From contig CBDBZY010000036.1 of assembly GCA_965213685.1 (NCBI GenBank), positions 1 to 64,000 of the forward strand: 64,000 bases of DNA, written 5' to 3'. The translations under genes were made by a program, and so were the position numbers. The first letter of the stretch is position 1, and every line of letters begins with the position of its first letter. Shown in pieces: positions 12,420 through 23,350 of the stretch. The notes under the pieces were generated by a model. The model saw only the letters and a list, made by a program, of their open reading frames with translations, made no database searches and had not been told where the DNA came from. The DNA is from a bacterium. Lineage in GTDB: Bacteria; UBA8248.

Positions 12420-14288
12420 TCAGGAGGCGCCCCGTTCTTTTTCGGTTTCTTCTTTCTCCCAGCTTTTCAACGATTTCGGGAGCTTCTCCTCGTTATATTT
12501 CTTTGTCATGCGGTAGATTTTTCCGCCCGCTCTCACGTAGAGAAAACCGGATTCCGCCTTGTGCGCGAACCGAAGCGGCCCCCATGGCTGGTGGCGAACG
12601 TCCTTGCCGGACAACTCGACGAGGAAGCGCCGGAAATCGGGCGCCTCGCCTGGTTGCGCCTCCCCCTGCTTTTCAAAATCCCTGAGTGCGCCTATGAGGT
12701 CGTCCACCTTGCTGGAGGCGGCCTCCTTGCCCGCCGGGGAGAGGAAGCGCCATTTTTCGCCATACCGCTCCAGCCGCATGGCCGACCCGCCGGGAAAGCG
12801 GGCGGTCACCTCCGTGATCTCCTCGTCCTTCTCGTAGCGGAGAAAGCGCCGTTCGCTCAGGAAATACGACGTTTTCGTAATCTTGTCATAGTCCTCTTTT
12901 TTGAAGGCGAAGAGGCGTTTCTCCCCGGCCATGCGGCCATAGACCCTTTTCTTGTCTTTCAGGAAGCGTCCGAGGATGAAGGATTTTTTCTCGGGCGGCC
13001 CGCCGTCCTCTTTCTTTTTGAGCCACAGGGTGTAGCGAAGCGGTGCGCCCTCGCCGTCCTCCCGGATGAGTGCGTATTTCGACAAATCCTCTCCCGGGGT
13101 GTCGACGTATTCTATCGCGTTGCTCCATTTGATGTCCCACAGAAGGTCATCGACGTGCTTGTGGCGGCCGATGCGCCTTTGCCGCTTTCCATCCGCCGAG
13201 GTGACGTGGAGGTCCCACCGCTTTTTCGCCTTTCGCAGGATGTCGAGCTTCCGGGATTTCGACTCGATCAAAAGGCGGGTGATGTGGTCGACATCGTAGT
13301 CAATCACGCTCTTGTGCCGAAGGGAGAAGGGGGATTGGGGCAATTCCCGGACGGTTTTCTCGTTGATCAGCATGACGGGGCCGCCGGAGAGCCTTCTGGC
13401 GTAGTAATAGACCTTCGGCTTCTTCTCGGGGCTTCTGGGGCCGGGAGCCTCCATCTTCTTGTATCCGAATATGACCCCATCCTCCGGCCTTCCGTCGTCT
13501 TCGGTGAATATCCGCACGGTGATTTTGGGTTTGTCGAGCCCGTAGGGGACGAGGTCCTTGGGTTTTTCATCCACAAATTTTTGCACCTTGTCCCACCTCA
13601 GGGTGGAGACGATGCCCTCGGAATCAATGGCGTCCGCCCGCGCTTTGACGGGACTGGTCAACCCCCACTCATCCTTGCCCCTGCGAACCACCGTGAAGTC
13701 GCCGCCGTCCTGTAGTTCGACCATCACCTTCTGGGCACGCTCCGGCATGATGGGGACGATCGCCTTGTCCCGGATGCTGAATACCGTCTTGTCAAATTTC
13801 GCGACGTCGGAAAGCTGGAGGGTGAAAATTCCGGGGGTTTTCTCGAGTGCGGCGTATCGAAATTCGCGCGTGGGGGTCCTGTCCCCAACGTGAATGGAAA
13901 CGTCGTTCTTGTCCTTGATCCCGAACGTGATTTTCATCTCCGGCTCGTCCATCCCGAACTCGGATTTCTTCTCTACGCTCCCCAGGTTCCGGCGCTCCCG
14001 AAGGCCGGTCGCCGCTTTCAGAAGTTTGTCGGCCTCCTCCTCGTCCACGGCGGCGTCCACGGGTTCGACGAAGCGCCATCCCTGTTCGGTGCGGATGATC
14101 TGGTAGGGATCCTCTTTCCTCTCCACGCGGATGCGGATGAGCGCCGTCTCGTCGAGTCCCTTGAGGAGCTTGACCTTGCGCTCCTCCGAGGCGCGCTTCT
14201 CGGCGGCCCACCTCACGTCATAGACGTAATAGGCGCCGCCGACCACCGCCAAGACGAGGAGCAATAGGAGGTTTTTTCTGGGGTTCAC
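12420..14288 (-). CDS. DUF4340 multi-repeat periplasmic protein
   Basis: N-terminal membrane anchor; repeated W-x-[FL]-x-x-P-x-x-x-x-x-[DA] units and YGLDKP / FGMDEP motifs; last gene of a GldA/F/G-like operon. Confidence 0.75.
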   Translation of the reverse strand: MNPRKNLLLLLVLAVVGGAYYVYDVRWAAEKRASEERKVKLLKGLDETALIRIRVERKEDPYQIIRTEQGWRFVEPVDAAVDEEEADKLLKAATGLRERRNLGSVEKKSEFGMDEPEMKITFGIKDKNDVSIHVGDRTPTREFRYAALEKTPGIFTLQLSDVAKFDKTVFSIRDKAIVPIMPERAQKVMVELQDGGDFTVVRRGKDEWGLTSPVKARADAIDSEGIVSTLRWDKVQKFVDEKPKDLVPYGLDKPKITVRIFTEDDGRPEDGVIFGYKKMEAPGPRSPEKKPKVYYYARRLSGGPVMLINEKTVRELPQSPFSLRHKSVIDYDVDHITRLLIESKSRKLDILRKAKKRWDLHVTSADGKRQRRIGRHKHVDDLLWDIKWSNAIEYVDTPGEDLSKYALIREDGEGAPLRYTLWLKKKEDGGPPEKKSFILGRFLKDKKRVYGRMAGEKRLFAFKKEDYDKITKTSYFLSERRFLRYEKDEEITEVTARFPGGSAMRLERYGEKWRFLSPAGKEAASSKVDDLIGALRDFEKQGEAQPGEAPDFRRFLVELSGKDVRHQPWGPLRFAHKAESGFLYVRAGGKIYRMTKKYNEEKLPKSLKSWEKEETEKERGAS

Positions 14289-15973
14289 CGCAGTTGTCTT
14301 CTCCTGACGTAGACGGCGGCTCCGGCGAGAATGATGAACAGGGGCATCACCCAGACGGTGAACAGGTGAACGAACCTGCCCTCGCCTCCGGCCAGCAACA
14401 GGGGCTCGCCCGTGCGGCTCTTGGGGCGAATGGTGATCAAGTCCTTTTCGCCGCCCAGCCAGTTCACAGTGTTGAACACGAGGTTCGCGTTGCCCTGGGC
14501 GCCGATAAAAGCGTCGCTCGCAAAATCGGCGTCCCCGAACACAACGATTCTGGCCTCGTTTTTCTCGTCGGCTTTCCTCTCGGGCGCGGCCGCTTTCCCG
14601 TCGTCCTTCGAACCCTGCCCGTGCGCCATTTTGTAGAGGTCCAGGGTGACGGTGACGGCGGCGCCCAGCGGGACGGGGCCCTCCTTCTGGGTTTTCTCGT
14701 CAAACACGATCTCGCCGTCCCGGATGGATACGCTCTCGACAGTGAAGCTTCCGGCGCCTGTTTTCACCAAATCCTCTGCGTGGAGTCCCGCTTTGGGCAT
14801 GCCCGTAGCCGACACGCGGCGCGCGGTGGGAAACACCGTGGCCAGCCCCTTCAGCTGCCTGGTGATGTCGTGCAGCCCGTAGTTCACGGCAAACGGCGTG
14901 ATTTCGTTGCCGCCGGCCAGTGCGAAGCGCACCGCCTGGGGGTCGATGACGAAAGACGGGGGAATCCGGAAGCCATATTTGGCCAAAAGCAGGGTCAGGC
15001 GCGTCTGTTCGGCGTCAGGCTCCAGCAGGACGAGAAGCCTTCCTCCGGATTGGACGTAATCGTCGATGTAGCCGATTTCCACCTCTTCCAGCTCTTTTCG
15101 GGGCGCCGCGATGATCAGCATGTTCGCGTTTTTCGGCACGCCTTTTTTTCTGAGCAGAAGAAGCTCATCCACCTGGTAGTTGTCGTCCCGCATTCCGATG
15201 GCCAGCACCTTCATCACCTCGCGGCCCTCGCCCGAGAAAAGCCGCTCGCCGTGGCCCGTGAGGTAATACACGCGCTTTTGTTCGGTTTGAATGGTTTTCA
15301 GCATCGCGTTGGCGATCGCGTTTTCGGAGAGGTTGAATATTTTTTCCGAGCGGAAGCTCTTTTCCCCGCCCGCCTCCCCGGGACTGCGCTCGTTCATCTT
15401 TTCCATCTCGTTTTTGCCGAAATGGTGAATCACAACCAACGTGCCATAGGCGTCCACGTCATATTTTCGGGCGATGCGAGGGGAGGCGTCCAGGTCGAGA
15501 AAGCGGAAGGAGACCTGCTCCGACGCCTGCGCGTATTGCTCCAGAATCTCCGCTATCGCCGGTTGCTCCACCTTGCGGGTGAACGCAACGAGCTCGATGC
15601 GCCTTTTCTCCCTGTCGATTCTGGCGAGCAGGTTTCTGGTTTTCGTGGAGAGGCTGAAGAAATTTCCCGGGGTGACGTCCCAGCGCTGGAAATGCTTCAG
15701 GCTCGCGAGTTCGACGACGACCAGGATGGCCGTCACCACGAGCACCATCAGGGCGACCTGTATGCCCGTTCTCGTCGAGCGAAGGCGCATCCCGCCCTGG
15801 AGTTCGCGGCGCGAGATCCACACCGTATACGCGAAGCAGCCTATCCCCAGGGCGATGGTGGCGTAGGCCCATTTCGGAGGGGGCGAGAACTGGTCGTTTC
15901 CCGCCCAGCCGGAGATGCCCACCATGAGCAGGGCGGCGGAGGCGATAAACAGATACAGGTTTCTGTTTTCCAA
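14285..15973 (-). CDS. GldG-like ABC transporter auxiliary component
   Basis: WDVT..FFSLS..T, YYLTGHGE, GGRLLVLL, RIVVFGDADF, NTVNWL...LITIRPK; TM segments at both ends. Confidence 0.85.
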   Translation of the reverse strand: MENRNLYLFIASAALLMVGISGWAGNDQFSPPPKWAYATIALGIGCFAYTVWISRRELQGGMRLRSTRTGIQVALMVLVVTAILVVVELASLKHFQRWDVTPGNFFSLSTKTRNLLARIDREKRRIELVAFTRKVEQPAIAEILEQYAQASEQVSFRFLDLDASPRIARKYDVDAYGTLVVIHHFGKNEMEKMNERSPGEAGGEKSFRSEKIFNLSENAIANAMLKTIQTEQKRVYYLTGHGERLFSGEGREVMKVLAIGMRDDNYQVDELLLLRKKGVPKNANMLIIAAPRKELEEVEIGYIDDYVQSGGRLLVLLEPDAEQTRLTLLLAKYGFRIPPSFVIDPQAVRFALAGGNEITPFAVNYGLHDITRQLKGLATVFPTARRVSATGMPKAGLHAEDLVKTGAGSFTVESVSIRDGEIVFDEKTQKEGPVPLGAAVTVTLDLYKMAHGQGSKDDGKAAAPERKADEKNEARIVVFGDADFASDAFIGAQGNANLVFNTVNWLGGEKDLITIRPKSRTGEPLLLAGGEGRFVHLFTVWVMPLFIILAGAAVYVRRRQLR

Positions 15974-15977
15974 GTCC

Positions 15978-16754
15978 CTACCCTCTCCACCGGTAGTATT
16001 CAAGCGATCGGAGCGCCAGAAAAACGCACAATATGTTGATGTTCACGAGATAAATGATGTCGCGGGTGTCGATGACGCCCCGGATGAAGTTCCGCAAGTG
16101 CATTCCCAGTGAAAGGTGTCGCAACACGGCGGCCACCGGCGCGCTGGCCGAGGCCGCGAGAAAATCCATCAGAAAAGTGGCGAGAAGCACCATGAAGGCG
16201 ACCATGGCCGCGACAATCTGGTTGGAAGTCCAGGAGCTGGCCAGCAGTCCGACGGAGAGGAACGCCATGCCGGTCAGCAGCATTCCAAGATAGGCGGAGG
16301 ACACGATGCTCCACTCCACCTGGACGAAGGCGCTCAGGATGAGGGGGTAGATGAGCGTGATGGCCAGCATCATCAAATAGATGGACAAGACGGAAAGGTA
16401 TTTTCCGGCGAACAGCTGCCCGTTGCGCAGCGGAAAGGTGAGCATCAACTCCATCGTGCCCTGCTTTTTCTCCTCGCTGAACAGGCGCATCGTCAGCAAC
16501 GGGGCGACGAACAAAAGGATGACGGTGACGCTGGAGAACACCGGCTCGAGGATGCCGGAGGTGGGCGTGATGTTGTATTGTGCTGCGGCCCTGGGGTTTC
16601 TGGCCAGCTGCATCGAGATGGCGGCGTAGGTCAGGAATGAGCCGGAATAAAATATGCCCATCAGCACCGTCCATGCCGTGAGAATCACGTAGGCGATGGG
16701 CGAGCAGAAAAACGACGCGAGCTCGCGCCGGCATATCCAGAACGTGTTATGCAT
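15978..16754 (-). CDS. GldF-like ABC-2 permease
   Basis: RRELASFF.SPIAY, PLLTMRLFSEEKKQGTMEL, TSNQIVA; six TM segments. Confidence 0.88.
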   Translation of the reverse strand: MHNTFWICRRELASFFCSPIAYVILTAWTVLMGIFYSGSFLTYAAISMQLARNPRAAAQYNITPTSGILEPVFSSVTVILLFVAPLLTMRLFSEEKKQGTMELMLTFPLRNGQLFAGKYLSVLSIYLMMLAITLIYPLILSAFVQVEWSIVSSAYLGMLLTGMAFLSVGLLASSWTSNQIVAAMVAFMVLLATFLMDFLAASASAPVAAVLRHLSLGMHLRNFIRGVIDTRDIIYLVNINILCVFLALRSLEYYRWRG

Positions 16755-17712
16755 GTGGCGTTTCCCCATCCTGCTTGGACTCCCCGCTGACGATGCGAAC
16801 GAAAAGGTCCTCCAGCGTGAGCCGGACCTGCCGAATCTCGGTGAGTTTTACCTTCGACGCGAATACGGCGGCAGCGAGGTCGGAGCGAACGTCCGCCCCG
16901 CCCTTGGCGTGCACCTCGAAATGCGTCTCCTCTCCCGCCGACCTGCCGAGGAGTTCCACGTTCCCGACCCCCGGCACGGCTTTCATCTTCCCGGACAGGG
17001 CGTCCGCCCCCCCGATGGCCGACACGCGAATGATGGAGTCCGCCTGCATGTTTGCCGCCAGCGTATCGAGGGCACCCTCCGCAGCCACCTTCCCGTGGTG
17101 GATGATCACGACCCGGTCGCAGACCATGTTCACCTCCGGGAGGATGTGCGTACTCAGGATGAGGGTCCGGCTGCCCTTGAGCTCGGAGATCAGGTTCCGG
17201 ATCTCCACGATCTGCGCCGGGTCGAGGCCCGAGGTGGGCTCATCCAGGATCAACACGGGCGGATCGTTCACCATCGCCTGGGCCAGGCCCACGCGCTGGC
17301 GATACCCCTTGGAGAGATGGCCAATGGTGCGGTTGGCGACCTCCTCCAGCCCGCAACTGCCGATGACTTTCCGGACGCCGGCGTCTTTTTCCGCCCCGCC
17401 CATGCCCTTCATCGACGCCACGAAGCCCAAAAAGGACTTGACGGTCATGTCGGTGTAGAGCGGGTTGTTCTCCGGGAGGTATCCCAGGTTTCTTTGCGCC
17501 TCCAGGGGTTCTTCGGAAACGTTGCAATCCGCTATCCAGGCCGACCCGGAGTTTGGCGGCATATAGCCTGTCAAAATCCGCATGGTGGTGGATTTGCCGG
17601 CGCCGTTGGGGCCGAGGAACCCCAAAACCTCTCCCTCTTCCACGTGAAACGATATGTCCACCACGCCTCGAAGGTTGCCATAATATTTCGTGAGGTTTTC
17701 CACCCGTATCAA
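16747..17712 (-). CDS. GldA-like ABC transporter ATP-binding protein
   Basis: GPNGAGKST, LSKGYRQRVG, ILDEPT, STHILPEV; TTG start with GGAAGGAG RBS. Confidence 0.92.
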   Translation of the reverse strand: MIRVENLTKYYGNLRGVVDISFHVEEGEVLGFLGPNGAGKSTTMRILTGYMPPNSGSAWIADCNVSEEPLEAQRNLGYLPENNPLYTDMTVKSFLGFVASMKGMGGAEKDAGVRKVIGSCGLEEVANRTIGHLSKGYRQRVGLAQAMVNDPPVLILDEPTSGLDPAQIVEIRNLISELKGSRTLILSTHILPEVNMVCDRVVIIHHGKVAAEGALDTLAANMQADSIIRVSAIGGADALSGKMKAVPGVGNVELLGRSAGEETHFEVHAKGGADVRSDLAAAVFASKVKLTEIRQVRLTLEDLFVRIVSGESKQDGETPHA

Positions 17713-17949
17713 CGAAGCGCTCCTTCCAGGGGCCTGTGCACAGACCCTTCGCATCGGTGGGGGAGCCGTGCGGGGCCCCCAAGCGTTCATACATGTGCGC
17801 AACAGCATCCGAGAATCTAGGGACATGCCCGAGGGCAACAATTAATAAATGGATGATTTATCAATATGTTGGCACGAGACGATACCGAATGCCAGAATCA
17901 AGCTAACCACTTCTCCCACTTTTGTCAACCAGATTCGCCCGGATTTCCT

Positions 17950-19011
17950 TCACCCCTCCCCCCTCGGCATGATGAAAATGCTCCGCTCCTCTAAGTTTTC
18001 GTTTGCAGATGGGCCGAGGAGGGCCGCCTTGTTCAGGACAGCGGGCACATCCAGTATCGCCGGCCCGTCGAGCCGCAACGATATCGCGACCTCCTCGCCC
18101 CTGGCCAGTGCCCTGCTCTCTTTCGCCGTCGAAGGCCAGCACCCTGTCGCCGGGTGCCCGGTAGCAAACGCTTTGGCCCCACCTGGATGACCTCGTGCCT
18201 CTCCACGGGTGCGGAGGAGACCTGTCCGGGGCCCTATGGGAGGACAGGACGCGGCGGCTCCGTTTTTTCTCCTGGAGCCCATCTTCAGCCACAGCCCCAC
18301 CGGTTCGCCCGCATGGACGGGGCGCAAACCCCGCGCCCAGCGAGGAGAGTCCGAGACGCCCGGGCTCGCTTCTCGTCAGTGCCAGCGCCTCCACCCGCTC
18401 CACGTCCCAAACCGCGCGGGCACCGGCGAAGGATTCCCTGATGATGGCGATGTCCACCAGTGCGCTTTCCGGATTCTCTCCGATGCGGACGTGCAGCTGC
18501 TTCGTCGCCTTTTTCTCGCTTCCATAGGCGCCCGGGCGAAGCGCATACAGCCCGGCGGCCATGCCAGCCACCGTCCCCTCCCACGCGAAGGGAAAGGGCG
18601 TTGTTCGTTCCGGTCGACAGGGGAATCAGGGAGGTGGTCTCCGCATCCTTTGGCCACGGCGCGGCACGTGCCGTCGCCCCCCGAGAACGACGATGCACCC
18701 GACGCCCATCTCATCGAGTTTCCGCGCCGCCCTTCGTGGAGTCGTTCGTCTCGCCTCTCGCCGTCGACGTCGAAGAGATTGCGCTCTTGCGGCCCCGCTG
18801 TCACGGCGAAAGCCATCCACCGCGACGGCTCCCAAATGAGCCGAGGTCGTTGAACGTCCATATCTGGGCGACGCCCCACGGAGGCGAGGCCGGCCATCAC
18901 GCGGCGAAGTATCAACACCTTTTCGTTGTTGCTGAACGAACTCGCCAGCGCCACGAGCCTGCGGATGTCCTTGCCGGATTGCGGGTTTGCGATGATGCCG
19001 ACGCTCGCCAC
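17950..19011 (-). CDS. ATP-NAD kinase / AcoX-like protein (several frameshifts)
   Basis: VGIIANPQSGKDIRRLVA, GGDGT, PLSTGTNNA, VLAFDGERE fragments spread over different frames. Confidence 0.72.
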
Positions 19012-19151
19012 TGCCCCTCCTTCATGCGTCCGTCTTCACGGGAAAGAATCGTCAGGTTCGTGTAGAATCCAGATTACGTGGGAGCCGGAAAAAGGGCGAT
19101 GGGGGCCAGACGTATTTTCGTTTCACCGTCCAGCGGAGACGAGGCGCCGAC

Positions 19152-20513
19152 ATGAAATCCGCACGCCGCAGATCGCTGAAAACAGAGGCGCGCGCCATCT
19201 TTCGGGCCGGCCTCCGCGCGGTGCAATGCCGGTGAAGCCGTGTATCAATATACAAGAATCGAGAAAAATGAAAGCGGGGAGACGCTCGTCTGCGGCAATC
19301 AGGAAATACCTCTCGAAAAAACGGAACGAATCATCGTCGTGGGGAGCGGGAAAGGGCGAGCGCGCAAATGGGGGCGCGCCCTCGAGCGGCGCCTCGGGAG
19401 CCGGATTTTGCGGCGGCGCCATCGTCACGCAATACGGCCATGCGGAAAAATGCGGGCGCATCGAAATCCTGGAGGCCGCGCACCCCCGTTCCCGACACGT
19501 CGGGCGTCAACGCCAGCAAAAAGATAGAAAAATGGGCGGAAAGCGCCGGGAGGGCGGACGTGGTGATATGCCTGCTCTCCGGCGGCGGTTCCGCCCTGAT
19601 GCCCGCGCCTGCGGATGGCGTTTTCTCTCGAGGACAAGCAAGCCGTCACCGCCTCGCTCCTGCGGGCGGGCGCTCCCATAGAGGCCCTCAACTGCGTGCG
19701 CAAGCACCTGTCCGCCCTCAAGGGGGGGGAATCTGGCCCGCAAGGTCTTTCCGGCGCGCATGGTCGTTCTTCTTCGTGTCCGACGGTGATTGACGACCCC
19801 CTCGACGTCATCGCCTCGGGTCCCGCCGTCGGCGATTCCTCCACCTTCGCCCAGGCGAAGGCGTATCTACAGGGCTATGGCGTGTTTCGCGAAACCCCCG
19901 TATCGATCAGGCGGAGATTGGAGGCGGGCTGCCGGGGCGAGATACCGGACACCCCCGCTCCCGGAGAGAAGATATTCCGGCGCGTGCGCCACCATGTTGT
20001 GGCGAACAACGCGATCGCCCTCGGGGCGGCATGTCGCAAGGCAAGGTCCATGGGCTACGGGGCGCCTCCATACAGACCCGATCCCTGAGCGGCGAAGCCC
20101 GCGAGGTGGGCAAAGCGCTGGCGGAGAAGGCCCGCAGGATCGCCGCCCATTCCCGAGAAAACCGCTCCCCCAGGTGCCTGTTGTATGGAGGCGAGACGAC
20201 GGTGCGCGTGGTCGGAGACGGCTTGGGGGGCAGGTGCCAGGAGCTGGCGCTTGCGTTCGCCATGGAAATTCGCGGCCTCCGGAACGTCTGTCTGCTCGCA
20301 GCGGGAACCGACGGGAGGGATGGCCCCACGGAGGCCGCGGGCGCGATCGTCGACGGAATAACAGCCAAAATAAAAGAAAATCAAGAGGTTGACCCCGCCG
20401 CCTGTTTGCGTGATAATGATAGCTACCATTTTCTGCGACGTCGGTACGCTTGCGTGCTCACTGGCGCGAGCGGAACCAACGTGATGGATTTGGTGATTAT
20501 GCTGATACGCTGA
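19152..20513 (+). CDS. Glycerate 2-kinase (MOFRL / DUF4147 family; several frameshifts)
   Basis: VVGSGK, LLSGGGSALM, LNCVRKHLSALKGG, IASGP, GEAREVG, GGETTV, GTDGRDG, GTNVMD. Confidence 0.85.
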
Positions 20514-20593
20514 ACGTAGCGCTTCAATCTCATCGGTTATCCGCAATCCTGCGGTTCGCCCAATCGATTGAGAATGGTGATAGGATATCGGTT

Positions 20594-21379
20594 ATGAAAC
20601 GCGCTGTTTTTGTCCATTCTCATCATTTCGGGAATTTGCCTGGCCTCCCCGTTTCTCGATCGCGCTTTTGCCCGGCAGAAAAAAGAAGTCGTCGTGATGG
20701 ACTTTTGCCGTCAGCCCGGCTCGCCAGAATTCCGGCAAATTGCCAAAGGGCTGGACGCTGAAGGTGTGGCGCGGAAGGGCGGACATCCGCCTGATTCGGG
20801 ATGGGGACAAGGGCGCAAAGGTTCTTCGGATGCGAAGCGACAAATCGTCCGCCTCCGTCTACCGCGAGATGCAGCTGAACCCCAGGAAATACCCCGTCTT
20901 CTCATGGAAGTGGAAGGTGACGAAACTTCCCCGGGGTGCGGATGCGAGAAACGGCCGAATCGGATGATCAGGCGGCCGGCATCTATGTCGTGTTCCCCCG
21001 GTTCCCCCAGTTTTTTCAACAGCCGGTTGGTTGGCTACGTCTGGGAGACCAACGCCCCGGTGGGCACGATTCTCAGGAGCCGCAAAAATCCGATGGTTCA
21101 TTACATCGTCGTCAGAAGCGGCGTGGGAAATCTCGACCAGTGGATAACCGAAAAGCGCAAACGTGAATGGATGACTATCGGCGCGTCTTCGGGTCCGATC
21201 CGCCGGAAGTCGGCGGCGTCGCGTTGATGATAGACGCCGACGACACCCGCTCGGATGCGGAGAGCTATTTCGCGCAGATTGAATTCAAGGGGCGAGACGC
21301 CTCCCTGGCCTCGGCGGAGCATCAGGACATCTGGATCGCCCGGGCGATTTCCCCTTCCACCTGGCGGAGCTACGAATAG
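20594..21379 (+). CDS. DUF3047 family exported protein (several frameshifts)
   Basis: Signal peptide; FSWKWKV..LP.GAD, DD.AA.IYVVF, GYVW, DYRRVFGSDPPEVGGVALMIDADDT. Confidence 0.75.
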
Positions 21380-21494
21380 CGCGCAAGAGGTTTTCGCCCG
21401 CGCGCAATGCGCCCTCCTTTCCGGGAAGTCCCATCCCCTGCCCTCCCTCCGAATGGCCGGGTGCGGCGCATAGCGGCCCGGAACGGGGGACGCC

Positions 21495-22448
21495 GTGGAG
21501 GATTTCCCATCCGTGCCCGGTAGCGAAATGTATGTCGGCCTCGACCTGGGGGGCTCCTTTCTCAAGGCGGCGTCTTTCAACCTGGACGGGACATGGCGAG
21601 AGAGACGCTCCCTCGACGCGAGGGGTTGCCGGGAGACGGAAGATTATCTTGCCCTGTTCGAGGACGCGGCGGAATCGCTCCTCCCGGACGGGCGCGTCCG
21701 GGGCGTCGGGGTCGCCGTTGCGGGCGTGCTGGCGCCCGATGCGGGGAAAGTCGTTGATTCCCCGAACCTGCCCGCCCTTTGCGGCGTCGACCTTCTCGCG
21801 CTCTTGAAAGATGCGTTTCCCTCCCTCCCGATTTATGTGATGAACGACGCGAACGCCGCCGCACTGGGCGAGTATTTCGCGGGCGCAGGCGAAGGGTGTC
21901 GGAGCATGTTCATCCTCACGCTGGGCACGGGCGTCGGTGGAGGCTTTATTGTTCAGGACGGAGATATTTGGCGCGGCGCGTCCGGGATGGCCGGGGAAGT
22001 CGGCCACATGATTATCGAACAAAACGGCAAGCCGTGCACCTGCGGTGCCCGCGGGTGCCTGGAAGCGTACTTCTCGGGATGGGCTCTGGAGCGGGACGCG
22101 AAAGCGTATGCGGCCCAACATCCGGACTCCGCCATCGCCTCGCTCGACGAGATATCGCCCATCGCCCTGGCCGAACTCGCCGGCTCCGGAGACCATGCCG
22201 CCCAACTCCTGTGGAAAAATGGCGGCCATGCGCTGGGGACAGGAATCGCCAACATCATGAACCTGCTGAATCCGGAAAGCATCGTTCTTGCGGGCGGGCT
22301 GGCGAACGCGCGGGAGCATTTTTTGCCGGCTGCCCGAAGGACGTGGGAGGAGAGCGCTTTCGAGCGGGCGCACGGCTCATCGCAAGTGCTTTGGGGGACG
22401 CTGGGCGAATGGGCGGGTGCTCGGGGTGCCGTTCAACACTTTTTATAA
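21495..22448 (+). CDS. ROK family kinase (glucokinase-like)
   Basis: GLDLGGS, NDANAAALGE, TLGTGVGGG, AGEVGH, CTCGARGCLEAY. Confidence 0.9.
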   Translation: MEDFPSVPGSEMYVGLDLGGSFLKAASFNLDGTWRERRSLDARGCRETEDYLALFEDAAESLLPDGRVRGVGVAVAGVLAPDAGKVVDSPNLPALCGVDLLALLKDAFPSLPIYVMNDANAAALGEYFAGAGEGCRSMFILTLGTGVGGGFIVQDGDIWRGASGMAGEVGHMIIEQNGKPCTCGARGCLEAYFSGWALERDAKAYAAQHPDSAIASLDEISPIALAELAGSGDHAAQLLWKNGGHALGTGIANIMNLLNPESIVLAGGLANAREHFLPAARRTWEESAFERAHGSSQVLWGTLGEWAGARGAVQHFL

Positions 22449-22620
22449 CCGCGCGACACAAGCATTTCGTCCATCGGGGCCTCGCCGTTGTCCGCCGCCG
22501 TGTCCTTCTCCCTCCCTTGCCTGCCGGGGCTTGAAAGAACAGCTACGCAGGCGGACGGGCGGCCCCTCCGCATAAAACGCATAAAAATTCGACAAAAAGC
22601 GCAAAGAACGGAGATTGTCC

Positions 22621-22668
22621 TTGACAAAATGTGAAGGCGGCACAATACTATTAAACAGGATTAACTTT
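22621..22668 (+). promoter_or_regulatory. Sigma70-like promoter with an overlapping DtxR/SloR-type operator candidate
   Basis: Perfect TTGACA at 22621; AT-rich -10 region near 22644-22651; TTAA-N6-TTAA at 22651-22664 directly upstream of a DtxR-family gene. Confidence 0.55.
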
Positions 22669-22718
22669 CTTGTATGGAGTTAACAAATGAACCCGCCCAT
22701 CCCGGAGGTATGTATCCC

Positions 22719-23255
22719 ATGACTCCACCGCGTTCCCGAGGTTCCCTCTCGCCCAGCCTGGAGCACTATCTTCGCGCCATCCACGACCTCCAGGAGAGCA
22801 AGGGCTATGCGCGCGTGACGGATATTGCATCCCTCCTGGGCGTGGCGAAGCCGGCCGTTTCAGCCGCTGTCAAGACGCTCCGCTCGAGCGGGTTCGTATC
22901 GCATCGCGCCTACGAAAGCGTGCTGTTGACGGAAGAAGGCGCGAAGCGCGCAAAAGGCGTGTCGGGCAAATTCTCCGTTCTCATGCACTTCCTCATCCAT
23001 GTCCTGGGCGTGGAGGAGGGGCAGGCGCTGATCGACGCTTGTTTGATGGAGCACTACGTAAGCGGGAACTCCATAGACAGGCTTCTCGACCTGCTGCGCT
23101 TTTTCGAGGAATCGGACAACCAGCAAATCCTGGAGAAATTTCACCTCTTTCGCCGCTCCTGCGAGAGCGACGATACATGCCCGACGTGTTCCTACCATTG
23201 CGACATCAGCATTATCGACTTCGACGATATGTCGAAGAAAGCGAAGCAGACCTGA
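22719..23255 (+). CDS. DtxR/MntR family metal-dependent transcriptional regulator
   Basis: SLEHYLRAI, ARVTDIA..LGVAKPAVS, LTEEG, DACLMEH; Cys-rich C-terminus. Confidence 0.9.
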   Translation: MTPPRSRGSLSPSLEHYLRAIHDLQESKGYARVTDIASLLGVAKPAVSAAVKTLRSSGFVSHRAYESVLLTEEGAKRAKGVSGKFSVLMHFLIHVLGVEEGQALIDACLMEHYVSGNSIDRLLDLLRFFEESDNQQILEKFHLFRRSCESDDTCPTCSYHCDISIIDFDDMSKKAKQT

Positions 23256-23350
23256 TGACAGGTTGGAAACTGAAAACCGAATGTTCCGCCACTAGTAGCC
23301 ATCTGGCCGATCCGGCCGACTCTCTCCACACAACAGGAGGAATCAAAACC

